From NCBI GenBank assembly GCA_905178155.1, contig CAJINV010000004.1, forward strand, positions 6,240,828 through 6,304,827: a stretch of 64,000 bases of DNA, read 5' to 3'. The DNA comes from Amoebophrya sp. A120. Lineage: Eukaryota; Protista; Dinoflagellata. The notes under the pieces are model-generated. The model had not been told where the DNA came from. It did no database searches and saw nothing but the letters and a program-made list of their open reading frames with translations. The translations under genes were made by a program, and so were the position numbers. This document shows, piece after piece, positions 63,086-64,000 of the stretch (the first letter of the stretch is position 1; every line of letters starts with the position of its first letter).

Positions 63086-64000
63086 CCGGATTCCTCTAAA
63101 ACGTCCTCTAATTTCCCGCCCGGAGGCGGAAAATACCGGACGTTGTCCCGCCTCTAAAAAATCTTCTAAAATCACCGGTAGCGCAAAATCCCGTAGGATT
63201 TGCGTGTTTTGTGATTTTAAAAGGTGCGGGTCCGGGACTTTAGAAGCCGAAAATGCCCGATTTTAGAAGCCGAAAACGGACAATGTTCGGATCTTCTAAA
63301 ATTGGGCTGGCCGAAATGTCCATACCAGAAGTGCGCGGCTTTGGACGGTCTTGGAAGATGATGTTCGAAATCCATGTCGAACATCATGTTCCGAGGGCGG
63401 GAGAACAACGTCTTCAACGCCAAGAGAAGCACAAGCCAAAACACCTGCGGAATGCGAAGTGGCAACGCACACAGATGCACGCCACTTCGCACGCAACACC
63501 AACACAAGCTGAAGTCCAGCCCTCGGGTCGGTGCGCCATACATCACCCAAATGACCACCGAGCAACCTCTTCCGGAAACTCCGAAGGGCCCGGAAAAATT
63601 GCGCGGCCCCCTTTACACCGGAAAACGGCCCAAATTTTTAAATTTTAAAACTTCGAAAGCGAGAGGGCATCGCGCCAATGGCCAACCTAACAAGCGGGAG
63701 GCCGAACAAAGGAAAGACACAGCCAAGGCGCGTGGCGGGGCGGGCAGGGTCTGGCTATTGCCCTCAGGCGGTTGCCGGCCGGGCCCGCCAAAACGGGCGC
63801 CCGGAATTTTTGAAATCCCGGAAATTTTAGCGGATTTTTAGCAGGGAAATCCGCCCGGGGTGTCTCCGCGTGACTAAAAAAATCGCGCGCGGCCGGGAGC
63901 GGCGCCCCGGCCGCCCTTCCGCTCTGAGTTCGCAGGCCCCCGAGGGGGGGCGGGGCCGGCGACCGAGGCGACGGCCAAAGCCGTAAAACCGCGCAGGCAA

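Noticed and set aside
62040-64000. rRNA or other ncRNA gene in the GC-rich block (hairpin GGCCCCG..CGGGGCC near 62124-62143)
   Set aside because: No conserved rRNA, tRNA or snRNA motif recognised; an Infernal/Rfam search would be needed.

Overview
Eukaryotic, gene-dense window. All ten supportable protein-coding genes lie on the minus strand: two paralogous PAN/Apple-type Cys-rich surface proteins, a palmitoyl-protein thioesterase, an Aurora kinase, a ~12.4-kb hypothetical gene, PHF5A, an ABCD transporter, a small hypothetical ORF, an XRN-family exonuclease, and a kinesin-4-like motor with a C-terminal MAP65/Ase1/PRC1-like region. The dominant feature is 44 short non-coding elements (about 150-340 bp) from at least 7 families. 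Nearly all start TAT and end ATA, carry terminal inverted repeats (TIRs), and are flanked by a 5-bp direct repeat (TSD). 43 of the 44 interrupt coding sequence. At the junctions I translated, removing the element plus one TSD copy restores the reading frame, regardless of element orientation and usually without any possible GT-AG boundary. These are non-canonical introners. Together with the unidirectional gene cluster, they point (inference) to the parasitic dinoflagellate Amoebophrya (Syndiniales). Further observations: an octamer (T[GC]T[ACG]ATGC) shared by all introner families, a retro-type insertion nested in one introner, unusual PHF5A substitutions, an unrecognised repeated cytoplasmic module, and a strictly phased 13-bp array at the right end. 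All coordinates were read by eye and may be off by a few bases; family assignments are by visual comparison.
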